Notes: generated by a model from the letters alone, not told the origin. Counted from the stretch's first letter, positions 18,713 through 29,597 are shown. The stretch: 64,000 bases of DNA from Candidatus Komeilibacteria bacterium (GCA_048538235.1 JBLYPX010000001.1:787011-851010); one strand, 5' to 3'. A program made the numbers and translations.

Positions 18713-21649
18713 TTATTCTTCAATATTTATTGTTATATCACTTCCTTGAACCACTTGATTGTTTTTATCTGTAAACACTGGATAAGCCTTATATATACCA
18801 ACCGCTGGTTTATTAGCCCAGGTGGTAGATATTAATTTATTATCTATTGTTTTAACAGCTCCTAACCAACTAGACTGATTTGACTCACTTTCTTTGTAAT
18901 AAAAGTCTACTTGTTTTAAGATATTAAAATTTTCTACACTAATACTTAGTGAGTATGGAAAGTTAAAAGCGCTTAAGGTTGTGCCAGAGCCGGGTGAGAC
19001 CCAACTCATTTTAATATAGTCTTCTCTATCAAAATTAAGAGTTATAGAGTCTTCATTATTATTTAATAAATCATCATAAACTTTAGCAGTTAAGGTGTGC
19101 TGACCATTTTTAATACTTGGTGGAATAATGTAAGTAAGATTAAATGGTTGAGAATATATTTCTCCAACTATTTTATCATCAAGCAAATAAACAACCTTTC
19201 TGGCTCCACGAGGTGCTCCTGCATTTACGCTAACGTTTAATTGTCCTAAAACAACCCTGTAATTATTAGAAGGAGTTGTGATATTAATAGATGGCTTGTC
19301 TTGTGGCAAATGAACATCATCATATTCTGTTGGTGGTTTTTGAGCAATAATATTTTGTTCTTCAGCCCATTTTATAACAGGCGCTTCCCAATTAGCATAC
19401 TGGTAATTATCTTCTGGATTTTTTGGCTCAGGACCGGTTGGGTCACCACGATCTACATAATGTAGAATATTATGAACCTCTAAAAACTTTTTGTTTATAA
19501 TTGCTTCTTCTGGAGTAAACTCAGTTGCCAGTTTTTCAGAGAACTTATCTATAGCTATTGAATCACCACCCTCCATAAATCCACCAATCATTGGTTTCTC
19601 AATATTTACAATAGAAGGTTTGGTAAATGCTTTAACTTCTTTACCGGCTAGGTATTTGTTTAAGAAAGATTGCCAAATTGGAGCAGCAACAACTCCGCCA
19701 GCAGCACCCAATTTCATTTCTGTATTATCATTATTACCAACCCAAACACCAGCAGCTACTTGGTAAGGAGTATAACCTACTGTCCAGGCATCTCTGTAGT
19801 CGTCTGTGGTGCCTGTTTTTGCCGCTACAGGCCTATTACCAAGAGTTAGGTAGTTTGACTCACCAAAGGCATAAGCACGAGCAGGATTGTCAGCTAAGAC
19901 GTCAGATAACATCCTGACATAATTAGCGTCTATTACTCTTTCGCCCTTTGGTTTTTGGTATTCTTCTAAAACCCTTCCATCACCATCTTCAACCCTTAAA
20001 ATACTTGAATAAGGGTACCAAACGCCCTCTCTAGAAAAAGCTGCAAAAGCATTAACATGTTCTAGTAGTTTAACTTCACCGCCACCAAGAACTAAAGATA
20101 ATCCAAAACGAGATCTGTCTCCAAAACTTGAATAACCTAAAGAATCTGCAATGTCTAAAACATTGCTAACGCCAGCTAAGTAAATCATTTTAACAGCTGG
20201 AGTGTTTAAGGAGCCGGCTAGAGCTTTACGAATAGAAACTGGACCATATTCTTTTAAGTCGTAATTTCTTGGCTCATAAGATGTAGGCTCTGCTTTAAAA
20301 GAAGTGTTTAAGTCAAAAAGAATTGAGTCTGGAGTAAAGCCTTTTGTAAAACCAGTTAGATAAACCAGAGGCTTAAAAGAACTACCAGGTTGCCTTAGTT
20401 GAGTTGTTACATTTACTTGTCCATCAATCTCGTCATCAAAATAATTTTTAGAGCCAACCATAGACAGGATTTGTCCAGTTTGAACATCTATTGCAACTAG
20501 GGCAGCATTAGTAGCGTTATAATTTGTTTCATTTCTTTCCACTCTTTCGCTTATTGCTTCTTCAGCAGCTTTTTGAGCATCCAGATCTAGGGTGGTAATA
20601 ATTTTTAACCCTCCCTGCTCTATCATTTGATCGCCATACTTATTTGCAAGATATTCTTTTATGTATAGCACAAAGTGTGGAGCGGTAATATTAGTAATTC
20701 TATTTTTAAAATCAAGTTCATAATCTTTGGCGGTCTGTCCTTCTTCTTCTGTTAAATAACCCTGTTCAACCATTAAGTCAATAATATATTGTTGTCTACC
20801 AATTAACCTATCTTTATTTGAGCCATAAGGTGAATAAAAGGAAGGTGCTTGTGGTAGAGCAGCAAGAATGGCAGACTCAGCAACCTCAAGTTCGTTTGCG
20901 TGTTTGCCAAAGTAATAATTAGCAGCAGCTTCCACACCATACACATTAGAACCATAAGGTATTTCATTGAAATATAGTTTAAGGATTTCATCTTTAGAAA
21001 ACTTTTGTTCAATTCTGTAAGACAATATCCACTCCTTTATTTTTCTAGACACTTTTCTTTCATTTGTAAGAATAGCATTTTTTACTAACTGTTGAGTAAG
21101 AGTAGATCCTCCTTGAGCTGGCTTACCTTGTAAACGAGGCACTATCTGACCACGAATAATACCCCATATAGAAATACCACCATGTTTGTAAAAGTTTTTG
21201 TCTTCAATAGAGATAGTTGCATTTATTGTATGTGGTTGTATTTGATCGAGCTCAATTAAGGTTCTTTTTTGATCACCAGCAATTTCATAAAGTAGTTCTT
21301 CACCAGTTCGGTCATAAATTTTAGTACTTTGAGCAATAGTCCGGTCTATTATCTTGTTTGGATCCGGTAAATCTTTAGCATAATATGCGAACAAAAGAGT
21401 AACAAAAACAAAACAAGCAACAATTAAAGAAAGCCCTAGTTTTATTAGAAAACGAGAGTTCTTTTTAGAAAACTTAAAAAGTTTGCTTAAAATAGCAGAG
21501 CTAGTAAAGCCACTCTTTTTAGGTTTGTTGTTTGTTTTTTTAGGACGCTTTAAGGTTGGAACTGACTTTTGCCTCTTTCTTTTTTTTGGTTTCTGCTTGT
21601 GTTGTTTCCAGCTTTGTGGCGATTTAACAGATAACTGTGGTATTGGCAT
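18713..21649 (-). CDS. Class A penicillin-binding protein (PBP1A family) with C-terminal Ig-like domains
   Basis: EDKNFYKH, GGSTLTQQLVKN, RQPGSSFK, SLN, KTGTT. Confidence 0.95.
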   Translation of the reverse strand: MPIPQLSVKSPQSWKQHKQKPKKRKRQKSVPTLKRPKKTNNKPKKSGFTSSAILSKLFKFSKKNSRFLIKLGLSLIVACFVFVTLLFAYYAKDLPDPNKIIDRTIAQSTKIYDRTGEELLYEIAGDQKRTLIELDQIQPHTINATISIEDKNFYKHGGISIWGIIRGQIVPRLQGKPAQGGSTLTQQLVKNAILTNERKVSRKIKEWILSYRIEQKFSKDEILKLYFNEIPYGSNVYGVEAAANYYFGKHANELEVAESAILAALPQAPSFYSPYGSNKDRLIGRQQYIIDLMVEQGYLTEEEGQTAKDYELDFKNRITNITAPHFVLYIKEYLANKYGDQMIEQGGLKIITTLDLDAQKAAEEAISERVERNETNYNATNAALVAIDVQTGQILSMVGSKNYFDDEIDGQVNVTTQLRQPGSSFKPLVYLTGFTKGFTPDSILFDLNTSFKAEPTSYEPRNYDLKEYGPVSIRKALAGSLNTPAVKMIYLAGVSNVLDIADSLGYSSFGDRSRFGLSLVLGGGEVKLLEHVNAFAAFSREGVWYPYSSILRVEDGDGRVLEEYQKPKGERVIDANYVRMLSDVLADNPARAYAFGESNYLTLGNRPVAAKTGTTDDYRDAWTVGYTPYQVAAGVWVGNNDNTEMKLGAAGGVVAAPIWQSFLNKYLAGKEVKAFTKPSIVNIEKPMIGGFMEGGDSIAIDKFSEKLATEFTPEEAIINKKFLEVHNILHYVDRGDPTGPEPKNPEDNYQYANWEAPVIKWAEEQNIIAQKPPTEYDDVHLPQDKPSINITTPSNNYRVVLGQLNVSVNAGAPRGARKVVYLLDDKIVGEIYSQPFNLTYIIPPSIKNGQHTLTAKVYDDLLNNNEDSITLNFDREDYIKMSWVSPGSGTTLSAFNFPYSLSISVENFNILKQVDFYYKESESNQSSWLGAVKTIDNKLISTTWANKPAVGIYKAYPVFTDKNNQVVQGSDITINIEE

Positions 21650-21757
21650 TATATATAAGTATAAAATAATCTTTTCACCATAAATGTTACCATTTTACAA
21701 GTGTTTTTTCAATGAACTATTATTTGCTATAATATGACTATAAATAATAACTAAATC

Positions 21758-22954
21758 ATGAAAATGAAAGTAAATAATGACAAGGCCGCAGTAGAGGCTG
21801 TTTTGACAAGAGGGGTTCAAGAAGTGGTTGTAGATAAGGAATTAAGGAAAAAACTACTATCTGGAAAACAACTTAGAATTAAACACGGTGTTGATCCAAC
21901 ATCTAAAGATTTAACATTAGGACACGCTGTTGTTTATGAAAAGCTTAGGCAGTTTCAAGAGCTTGGGCATAAGATAGTCTTTTTAATCGGATCTTTTACT
22001 GCACGTTTTGGTGATCCTACAGACAAGGGTAAAACCAGAGAGATGAGAGATAAGAAGGAGGTGTTAGCTATGGGCAAGAACTATGTTAAACAATTATCTA
22101 AGATATTAGATATTAAAAAAGTAGAGATTAGATATAACGGAGAGTGGTATGATAAATTTTCTGGTGAAGACATGTTGAAACTCATGTCTAAGTTTACAGT
22201 AGCAAGAATGCTTGAAAGGGACATGTTTCAAAAAAGAATTAAAGAAGAGAAAGAAATATATTATCATGAACCAGTTTATCCAATTCTGCAGGGATATGAT
22301 TCTGTGATGTTGAAATCCGATTTAACTGTTATTGGCTCTGATCAAAAATTTAATGAATTGCAAGCAAGACCACTACAAGAAGAGGCTGGGCAAAAACCAC
22401 AAGATATTGTAATTATGCCATTGCTGGTTGGCACAGATGGGTCGCAAAAAATGAGTCAGTCGCTTGGTAATTATATTGGCATTAGCGATCCAGCAAATGA
22501 AATGTTTGGAAAGATTATGTCTATACCAGATGATTTGATTTATAACTATTTTGAATTGTGTACAAGAGTAACAGAAGATGAGTTGGGGGAAATAGAACAA
22601 CTATTAAAATCCGGAGTAAACCCAAGAGATATTAAAATTAAATTAGCTAAAGAGATTATTAAGATTTACCATAGCGAAAAAGACGCAAATAAAGCAGAGC
22701 AGGAATTTATTAACGTGTTTAGCAATAATCAAAAACCAGAAGAGGTTGAAAAGAAAGAATTTACAGGCGGATTAAACGCACTAGATTTGTTGGTTGAATT
22801 AGAAATGGTAAAGTCTAAGGGTGAAGCCAGAAGACTTGTTGAACAGCGAGGTGTTAAAGTGAATGACGAGGTTTTAGAAAGTTGGGAAAAGAATGATTTT
22901 AAGGCTGGAGACGTTATTCAGATAGGAAAAAGAAAGTTTATAGAACTAAAATAG
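21758..22954 (+). CDS. tyrS: Tyrosine--tRNA ligase
   Basis: GVDPT..DLTLGH, YPILQGYDS, KMSQS, C-terminal S4 domain. Confidence 0.94.
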   Translation: MKMKVNNDKAAVEAVLTRGVQEVVVDKELRKKLLSGKQLRIKHGVDPTSKDLTLGHAVVYEKLRQFQELGHKIVFLIGSFTARFGDPTDKGKTREMRDKKEVLAMGKNYVKQLSKILDIKKVEIRYNGEWYDKFSGEDMLKLMSKFTVARMLERDMFQKRIKEEKEIYYHEPVYPILQGYDSVMLKSDLTVIGSDQKFNELQARPLQEEAGQKPQDIVIMPLLVGTDGSQKMSQSLGNYIGISDPANEMFGKIMSIPDDLIYNYFELCTRVTEDELGEIEQLLKSGVNPRDIKIKLAKEIIKIYHSEKDANKAEQEFINVFSNNQKPEEVEKKEFTGGLNALDLLVELEMVKSKGEARRLVEQRGVKVNDEVLESWEKNDFKAGDVIQIGKRKFIELK

Positions 22955-22992
22955 TAAACAAAAAAACACTTTAGATATTCTCTAAAGTGTTT

Positions 22993-23499
22993 TTATTTAC
23001 CTAATTTTTCTAATTTTTGACTAGCAAAACAACAAAGCGCAACCGCTAATGCGTCAGCTGCATCATCGGGTTTCGGAATCTCTTTTAACCCAAGAACAGC
23101 TTTAATCATTAATTGCATTTGTTTTTTTTCAGCTCTACCATAACCAGTTAAAGACTGTTTTATTTGTAAGGGAGTGTATTCGTGAATGCTTAATTTATTT
23201 TGTTGAGCGGCTAATAAAACAATACCTCTAGCTTGGCTTACTTTAATTGCAGTTGTTACATTCTTATAAAAAAACAATTGCTCAACAGCAATGCTTCCTG
23301 GTTTGTATTTCTTTATTAATTTATTTAGCTCATTATATATATATTCTAATCTCTCTGAAAAATCTTGCTTAGCAGGAGTTTTAATAGAACCGTAACCCAA
23401 AGTTTTTGTTTTGCCGCCAATAAACTCTACTATGCCATAACCAGTATCGGCAAAGCCCGGGTCTATTCCAAGAATAATATTTTTCTTTTTATTAGTCAT
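22993..23499 (-). CDS. ruvC: Holliday junction resolvase RuvC
   Basis: ILGIDPG, EQLFF, DDAADALA. Confidence 0.96.
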   Translation of the reverse strand: MTNKKKNIILGIDPGFADTGYGIVEFIGGKTKTLGYGSIKTPAKQDFSERLEYIYNELNKLIKKYKPGSIAVEQLFFYKNVTTAIKVSQARGIVLLAAQQNKLSIHEYTPLQIKQSLTGYGRAEKKQMQLMIKAVLGLKEIPKPDDAADALAVALCCFASQKLEKLGK

Positions 23500-24206
23500 T
23501 AAATGTCTGCGTTGGTATAGATATTTTGAACATCATCCAAATCATCTAGAGCATCCATAATTCTTATAACTTTTTCTTCATTTTCAACCGGAGCTTTATC
23601 TTTAGCAATATATTCTAATTTACTATCTGAAATAATTAAATTATTTTTTTCAAGTTCATCTTTAATTTTGTGCAAGTCACTATCTTTTGTATAAACAACA
23701 ACAGAACCATCTTCATTAGAAAGATCTTCTGCACCAGCATCAATTATTAATAGTTCTTGTTCTTCGTTTATTGAATCGTTTTCTAAATATATAACACCCT
23801 TTCTGTCGAACATCCACATAACATTACCACTACCACCAAGATTGCCACCATACTTACTTAAGGTATGCTTAACCTCACCCACTGTTCTGTTTTTATTATC
23901 TGTAATAGTTTCAATAATAAGAGCAACACCTCCTGGGCCATAACCTTCGTATGTTATTTCTTCAATTAAGTCACCACCATTTTCACCGGTACCAGCTTTA
24001 ATAGCTCTTTCAATATTATCTTTTGGTAGGCTTAACTTTTTAGCTCTATCAATAGCCATTCGTAATTTAAAATTCATTTCAGGATCGCCACCATCTCTAG
24101 CAGCTATAGAAATTGCTTTTGCTAGCTTGGTAAAAAGACCGCTACGTTTAGCGTCTTTCCCCTCTTTTGCTCTTTTAGTTGTGGCCCATTTAGAGTGACC
24201 TGACAT
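23499..24206 (-). CDS. YebC/PmpR family protein
   Basis: MSGHSKWATTK, YEGYGPGG. Confidence 0.95.
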   Translation of the reverse strand: MSGHSKWATTKRAKEGKDAKRSGLFTKLAKAISIAARDGGDPEMNFKLRMAIDRAKKLSLPKDNIERAIKAGTGENGGDLIEEITYEGYGPGGVALIIETITDNKNRTVGEVKHTLSKYGGNLGGSGNVMWMFDRKGVIYLENDSINEEQELLIIDAGAEDLSNEDGSVVVYTKDSDLHKIKDELEKNNLIISDSKLEYIAKDKAPVENEEKVIRIMDALDDLDDVQNIYTNADI

Positions 24207-24313
24207 AATAATAGTATTAATAACGTTGTTATCTTAGCAAGAAATACTCAAAAAGGCAATAATATAGGTTATTTATGGTTGTTAAACAGCTTAAAAAACT
24301 GTAAAATGTATAT

Positions 24314-25324
24314 ATGAATAAAATAGAAAAAAATAGAGCTAAGGTATATTCATCAATTGAACTAATACCAGCTCAAATAGAACAGGCCTGGACAATGATG
24401 GCTGAGGCAAAAATACCTAGTAAATATAAAAAGTTCAGCAACATTGTTGTTTGTGGTATGGGAGGATCAAACATTGGGTTTCATCTAGTAAGACAAGCGC
24501 TAGCATCAAAAATAGAGGTTCCCATTTTTATACACTCGGATTATAAATTACCAAAATTTGTTAATAAGGATAGCTTAGTTATTTTATCTAGCTATTCTGG
24601 TAATACAGAAGAGGTTATTAGTTGTGCTAAACAGGTGGTTGCTAACAAGTATAGTGGGTATATTATTACTGGCGGTGGGAAGCTTGCAAAAATGACAGAT
24701 AAAATACCGGGTGAGGTTTTCTCAACAGATTTTAATCCTTCAGACGAGCCACGCTGGGGCTTGGGATATTCAATTGGGTCGTTTTTACAACTTTTAAATA
24801 GATTAGATGTCTTATCTATTACAGATGCACAGCTAATGAAGGCAAACGTATCTCAACCAGTGAATGATTTTAAAGCTTTGGCTAAAATAATGAGGAATAA
24901 AATGGTTGTTGTAATGGCAGCTGAACATTTAATTGGCAATGCTCATATATTCTGCAATCAATTAAATGAGACCGCTGATAATATGGCTATTTGGATGGCT
25001 TTGCCAGAGCTAAACCATCATTTTATGGAAGCCTTATCTAATCCAAAAGAGGTGGTGCAGAAAAATATGGTAGTTTTGTTTTTAAATTCAGACAATTATT
25101 CAAGCAAGATAAAGAAAAGAATAGAAATTACAAAAAAAGTACTTAATAAGAAGAAGGTTAAGTGGTTGGAGCTATCATCTGGCAAGAAGAACGCTTTGGA
25201 GGACAGCTTATCCACATTGCAACTACTATCATACTTGTGCTATCATATGAGTGTTGTTAATAAAGTTGATCCGATTGCTATACCAACGGTAGATTTCTTC
25301 AAAGCACAGTTGAAAAAACAGTAG
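24314..25324 (+). CDS. SIS-domain bifunctional phosphoglucose/phosphomannose isomerase-like protein
   Basis: CGMGGS, SSYSGNTEE, QLNETA, PELNHH. Confidence 0.85.
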   Translation: MNKIEKNRAKVYSSIELIPAQIEQAWTMMAEAKIPSKYKKFSNIVVCGMGGSNIGFHLVRQALASKIEVPIFIHSDYKLPKFVNKDSLVILSSYSGNTEEVISCAKQVVANKYSGYIITGGGKLAKMTDKIPGEVFSTDFNPSDEPRWGLGYSIGSFLQLLNRLDVLSITDAQLMKANVSQPVNDFKALAKIMRNKMVVVMAAEHLIGNAHIFCNQLNETADNMAIWMALPELNHHFMEALSNPKEVVQKNMVVLFLNSDNYSSKIKKRIEITKKVLNKKKVKWLELSSGKKNALEDSLSTLQLLSYLCYHMSVVNKVDPIAIPTVDFFKAQLKKQ

Positions 25325-25463
25325 ACAACATAAATTTAGTGTAAGGGAGGAGCGATCCTCTTTTATATATGCCCCCATGCTGAGTCAATTTTTTGACTCG
25401 ATGGCAAATCCCCACAACCGTGCTTGGCGGGGATTTTTTGTTTCCTTGTGATATAATACTAGC

Positions 25464-27041
25464 ATGTTAGTGCGTAATAGTTTCCAAAAAATAATACATT
25501 TTATCAAGGATCATAGATTAAATTATTTATTGGTTTTTTTATTAGTCTTTTTGCTAATGTCTTGGCTACAAGCAGGTCCATATTTTCTAGGAACAGAATC
25601 TTTTTACCATGCTAAGATGGTGGAAAGTTTAGAAAATTCGCTAAAATTAGATAATTTTTCTTGGTTACAATCTACTAATTATTCTAATAGTTTTACAGAT
25701 AGTAATTGGCTTTATCATATATTTTTGAGTTTGTTTGTTGGTGTTTTGCCAACTTTTTTAGTTATAAAAATATTCGCAGCGCTTTTTTCAGCGCTACTAG
25801 CTTTGTATGTATATTATTGGTTAACAAAACACAATGGATTTCTTCCGGGGCTATTTGTGCTCCTTTTATTTTCAATTATTCCGTTTGCTATTAGTATTAA
25901 TAACTTGGGTGCTATTAGTGCGGCCTTGTTTGTTTTGCTGGTTGGTTTAGAGTTTGTTGTGAATTATAGGTATTGGCAACTAGGCGTTCTTAGTATCACA
26001 TTAACCCTCCTAACAGGACAATTTATTTTCTTATTTGTCATCGCTTTACTCTGGCTTTTAATTGAGCTGATATACAACAAGTATAAACTAGATATGTTCA
26101 GAGAAGGATTGTCGAGTATTAAAGATTGGGTACTGAGAAAGTTGGGGCTACGTAGTAAAACTAGTAGAAGGAAATGGTTGATTTTAATATTTTGTTTGTT
26201 TGGCATAGTGATTGGCTTAATGGTTAATCCGTATTGGCCAGAGAGCACGTCTTTTTATAAGGAGCTTATTGCTAACAAAAACACAAACACGTTCTCAGGA
26301 GTATATAATAGCTTTGTTAGTCTAATTTCATCTGCCAAGCTATTGTTTATAATATTTTTGTCATCAGTATTCAGCGTTGTTTATTTGAATAAAAGAATTG
26401 TTAAACTTACAGCCTTTTTATTACTACTAACATTTGTATTTGTTTTAAACACCTTGCTGTTTAGTTGGGGAATAGAGTTTACATACTTGATTATTATTTT
26501 AACAACTTCACTTATACTAAGAGATTGTTTTGGAAGTCTTGGTTTGTGGTCTGCCTGGAATAGCCATAAAAGAAACACTAATTTAGTTAGAGCTGGAATT
26601 GTTATAGCAACTATTATTATTTTGTTTATACCCCTGAAAGGGTACTATGTTCTAAATAAAGATGGTGATTTTTACCCATTGAATTATATGCAAGAAGCAG
26701 CAGAGTGGTTATATTATCATATTCCAGATAATGCGCTGGTTATTAATACAGATTACGAGGATTGGGCTCCTTTGTTTTATTATAATGACAATAATAGATA
26801 CTGGTGGGGTTTGAGTAATAACATTATGAATAATGCTCAAAAATCAAGCAGGAATGACCTGATTGGTATTATAGATGGTTCTAGTAATAAAAACCCTTAT
26901 GCCCTATTTAAAGGCAGTTTTAAAGCAGATTACCTATTGGTAAATAGTCGTAGAAATATACTGAATAGTCGCTTAACAGACAATATATACTTTTCATTAG
27001 TATATAGCGATGAGGATTGCTATATATATGAAATACAATAA
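25464..27041 (+). CDS. Polytopic membrane protein, GT-C glycosyltransferase-like
   Basis: Many TM helices, ESFYHAK after TM1, NPYW, soluble C-terminal domain. Confidence 0.55.
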   Translation: MLVRNSFQKIIHFIKDHRLNYLLVFLLVFLLMSWLQAGPYFLGTESFYHAKMVESLENSLKLDNFSWLQSTNYSNSFTDSNWLYHIFLSLFVGVLPTFLVIKIFAALFSALLALYVYYWLTKHNGFLPGLFVLLLFSIIPFAISINNLGAISAALFVLLVGLEFVVNYRYWQLGVLSITLTLLTGQFIFLFVIALLWLLIELIYNKYKLDMFREGLSSIKDWVLRKLGLRSKTSRRKWLILIFCLFGIVIGLMVNPYWPESTSFYKELIANKNTNTFSGVYNSFVSLISSAKLLFIIFLSSVFSVVYLNKRIVKLTAFLLLLTFVFVLNTLLFSWGIEFTYLIIILTTSLILRDCFGSLGLWSAWNSHKRNTNLVRAGIVIATIIILFIPLKGYYVLNKDGDFYPLNYMQEAAEWLYYHIPDNALVINTDYEDWAPLFYYNDNNRYWWGLSNNIMNNAQKSSRNDLIGIIDGSSNKNPYALFKGSFKADYLLVNSRRNILNSRLTDNIYFSLVYSDEDCYIYEIQ

Positions 27042-27094
27042 ATTTAGGTAACAAAAAAACTGCTCGTCTGAGCAGTTTTTATATTTAGTTTAAT

Positions 27095-27565
27095 TTAATT
27101 TATCACACAACGACTCTCGTCTAGACCATTGGTCCAGCAATGGAATCCACTAGGACAATCTGAATCAGAACTACATTCATTACCACCACCCCTAGTTGAA
27201 TTGTATACATTTGTTATTACAAAGTCAGTTATTACATAGGCTGCTAAAACTATGATTAAACCTATAATGGCGTTTATAATTCTTTTTTTAGCTGAGTCGA
27301 TAGCGGTTGAATTACCACCAGCTGTCATCCATTGAAAACCAGACCATATAATAAGGATAACAAATACAAGACCTAAAAAGCCAAGTAGAATTTGTATAAA
27401 ATTTATTACTATATTTTCTACATCTGTTGATGTGGTAGATCCGGTAACACCTTCTTGAACATAATCAAATTCACTGTTCACCAGGTCGCCTAAATCTGCC
27501 TGAGCTAAAGGTGTGAACAGAACAAAAGAAAATATAATTAAAGTAAGAAGGATAATTTTTTTCAT
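27095..27565 (-). CDS. VirB2/TrbC-like pilin with Cys-rich C-terminal extension
   Basis: Signal peptide; SGFQWMTAGGN..AKKRIINAIIGL; CSSDSDCPSGFHC tail. Confidence 0.85.
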   Translation of the reverse strand: MKKIILLTLIIFSFVLFTPLAQADLGDLVNSEFDYVQEGVTGSTTSTDVENIVINFIQILLGFLGLVFVILIIWSGFQWMTAGGNSTAIDSAKKRIINAIIGLIIVLAAYVITDFVITNVYNSTRGGGNECSSDSDCPSGFHCWTNGLDESRCVIN

Positions 27566-27566
27566 A

Positions 27567-27944
27567 TTATTGTACAGAGTCTATTACTTTATCTAAAACA
27601 AATTCAGTTATAGCAAAGGCTGCAATTACTATAATTAAACCTATAACGGCGTTTATAATTCTTTTCTTAGCTGCATCTATTACAGTTGAGTTGCCACCAG
27701 CCATCATCCATTGGTACCCAGAAACTATTATTAATATTATAAAAATTATTGATAGCAAGCTAAGAGCTATTCGAATAATATTTACTATAATGTCTTGTGG
27801 GGTTGCCGGCTCATAGTCTGCGCCGAGAGCAGCGGTTTCAACTAACTCATTTTTTGCATTTATATCGTCTTGAAGAGAGGCTAATGAAACTAAAGGAGTG
27901 GCTATTGTTAGTAATATTAAAAATGTTAAAAGTAATTTTTTCAT
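27567..27944 (-). CDS. VirB2/TrbC-like pilin
   Basis: SGYQWMMAGGN..AKKRIINAVIGL. Confidence 0.85.
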   Translation of the reverse strand: MKKLLLTFLILLTIATPLVSLASLQDDINAKNELVETAALGADYEPATPQDIIVNIIRIALSLLSIIFIILIIVSGYQWMMAGGNSTVIDAAKKRIINAVIGLIIVIAAFAITEFVLDKVIDSVQ

Positions 27945-27949
27945 AATAT

Positions 27950-28339
27950 TTAATGTCTTCCTCCTAAGGTGAAAGCTTTTTCTATAACAAAGTCAGTTAT
28001 ACCAAATACAGCTAAGGTTATAACTAAACCAATAATTGCATTTACCATACGTTTTTTAGCTGAATCAATGGCAGTAGAGTTACCACCAGCTGTCATCCAT
28101 TGATAGCCAGAAATTAAAATAAGAATAGTAAATATTACCCCAATAAAACCAAGTGCTATCTGAATTGCATTACCGACAATAATGGCCGGATCTTTCACGC
28201 CTGGAGCCTCTCCCGCGCTATTATAATATGCTTGACCACCAGTTTGTTTGAGGTTTTCTCCTATTGATGTAGCTCCAACGGGCAAGGCAACGCTAATTAG
28301 CAGGAAAATAATTATTAATTTTATTATATTTTTGTTCAT
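27950..28339 (-). CDS. VirB2/TrbC-like pilin (start revised to MNKNII)
   Basis: SGYQWMTAGGN..AKKRMVNAIIGL. Confidence 0.85.
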   Translation of the reverse strand: MNKNIIKLIIIFLLISVALPVGATSIGENLKQTGGQAYYNSAGEAPGVKDPAIIVGNAIQIALGFIGVIFTILILISGYQWMTAGGNSTAIDSAKKRMVNAIIGLVITLAVFGITDFVIEKAFTLGGRH

Positions 28340-28343
28340 AATT

Positions 28344-28769
28344 TTATTGAACTTGCTGTGTTTCAAGGCTGCCACCACCAGTACTTATTAATATTTGGTC
28401 TGTTACAAACCAAGTGATACTATATGCAGCTAGGGCTATTACCAAGCCAATTGTTGCATTAATCATGCGTTGCTTAGCTTTTCCAATAGCTTCACTATTA
28501 CCACCAGCCATCATCCACTGAAAGCCAGATATGATGATTAGTATCAAGAAAACTGTACCCAAGAAGCCTAATATAATTTGTATAAAGTTACCAATTCTAA
28601 CTGGCAGTGGAGTTTCGTCACCTGTGTTAAAACCAGACTGTGTTCCAAACTCTGAATAACTATCTATTGGAGAACCTTCTGTAGGGTTTAATACATCTGA
28701 ATTAATAAGAGCGGCACCAGCAGGTATAGCTATAATCATTGCCAATAAGATGGATATAAAAAGTTTCAT
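28344..28769 (-). CDS. VirB2/TrbC-like pilin
   Basis: SGFQWMMAGGN..AKQRMINATIGL. Confidence 0.85.
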   Translation of the reverse strand: MKLFISILLAMIIAIPAGAALINSDVLNPTEGSPIDSYSEFGTQSGFNTGDETPLPVRIGNFIQIILGFLGTVFLILIIISGFQWMMAGGNSEAIGKAKQRMINATIGLVIALAAYSITWFVTDQILISTGGGSLETQQVQ

Positions 28770-28770
28770 A

Positions 28771-29163
28771 TTATATATTAGCTACACTTGTTATCACAAA
28801 GCTTGTTAAAGCATAGGCTGCTAAAACAACTATTAAACCTATGGTGGCATTTATAAGTCTTTTTTTTGATGTATCAATAGAGCTAGAATTACCACCAGCT
28901 GTCATCCACTGAAAACCAGAAACTATTATTAATACTAAGAAAAGGGTTCCTATTAAACCAAGAGCTATTTGTACTACAGAAGCCACAATTTGCTGTGGAT
29001 TTTTGTAGCCAGCTTCGTCCTTGGTGGTAAACCCAGCTTCACCTGCTGTTGTTTCCAGCCCAGTTTCTATAGCTAAAAGAGGAGCGGCTATTATAACTAA
29101 AAAAGAGGTTACAATAAATATAACCACCAATAAAGCACTTAAATTGTTTATAGATACTTTCAT
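28771..29163 (-). CDS. VirB2/TrbC-like pilin
   Basis: SGFQWMTAGGN..SKKRLINATIGL. Confidence 0.85.
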   Translation of the reverse strand: MKVSINNLSALLVVIFIVTSFLVIIAAPLLAIETGLETTAGEAGFTTKDEAGYKNPQQIVASVVQIALGLIGTLFLVLIIVSGFQWMTAGGNSSSIDTSKKRLINATIGLIVVLAAYALTSFVITSVANI

Positions 29164-29225
29164 ATATATAGTTTAAGCTCAGGCGGACCATATAAATATG
29201 ATCCGCTATAGTCTAGACTATATTT

Positions 29226-29597
29226 TTAAGCTTGAGTTGCGCCTTGAATGTTTGTAATAACAAATGAGGCAATAGCGTAAGCAGCTAAAATGATGATCAA
29301 ACCGATAACACCATTAATAATAAACTGTCTACCTTTCTTAACTCTGTCTTCATTACCACCAGCTGTCATCCACATGAATCCACCGATTAGAATCAAAATA
29401 ACAGCGATTAAGCCTAAGAAGCCCAAGATGATAGAGATGATGTTATTTACAATATCTTTAACACCAGCATCACCTAAGCCTAAAGCTTGTGCGTCTTCCA
29501 ATCCTAAGTCAGCTGTTGCCATACTTAGCATAGGAGCTGCCATGAAGGCAACAATCATAACGATTGCGAATAATTTTTTGTTCATAAGTTTTTTCAT
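29226..29597 (-). CDS. VirB2/TrbC-like pilin, likely major subunit (start revised to MKKLMN)
   Basis: GGFMWMTAGGNEDRVKKG; SD AAAGGGGGTGA; own promoter. Confidence 0.85.
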   Translation of the reverse strand: MKKLMNKKLFAIVMIVAFMAAPMLSMATADLGLEDAQALGLGDAGVKDIVNNIISIILGFLGLIAVILILIGGFMWMTAGGNEDRVKKGRQFIINGVIGLIIILAAYAIASFVITNIQGATQA

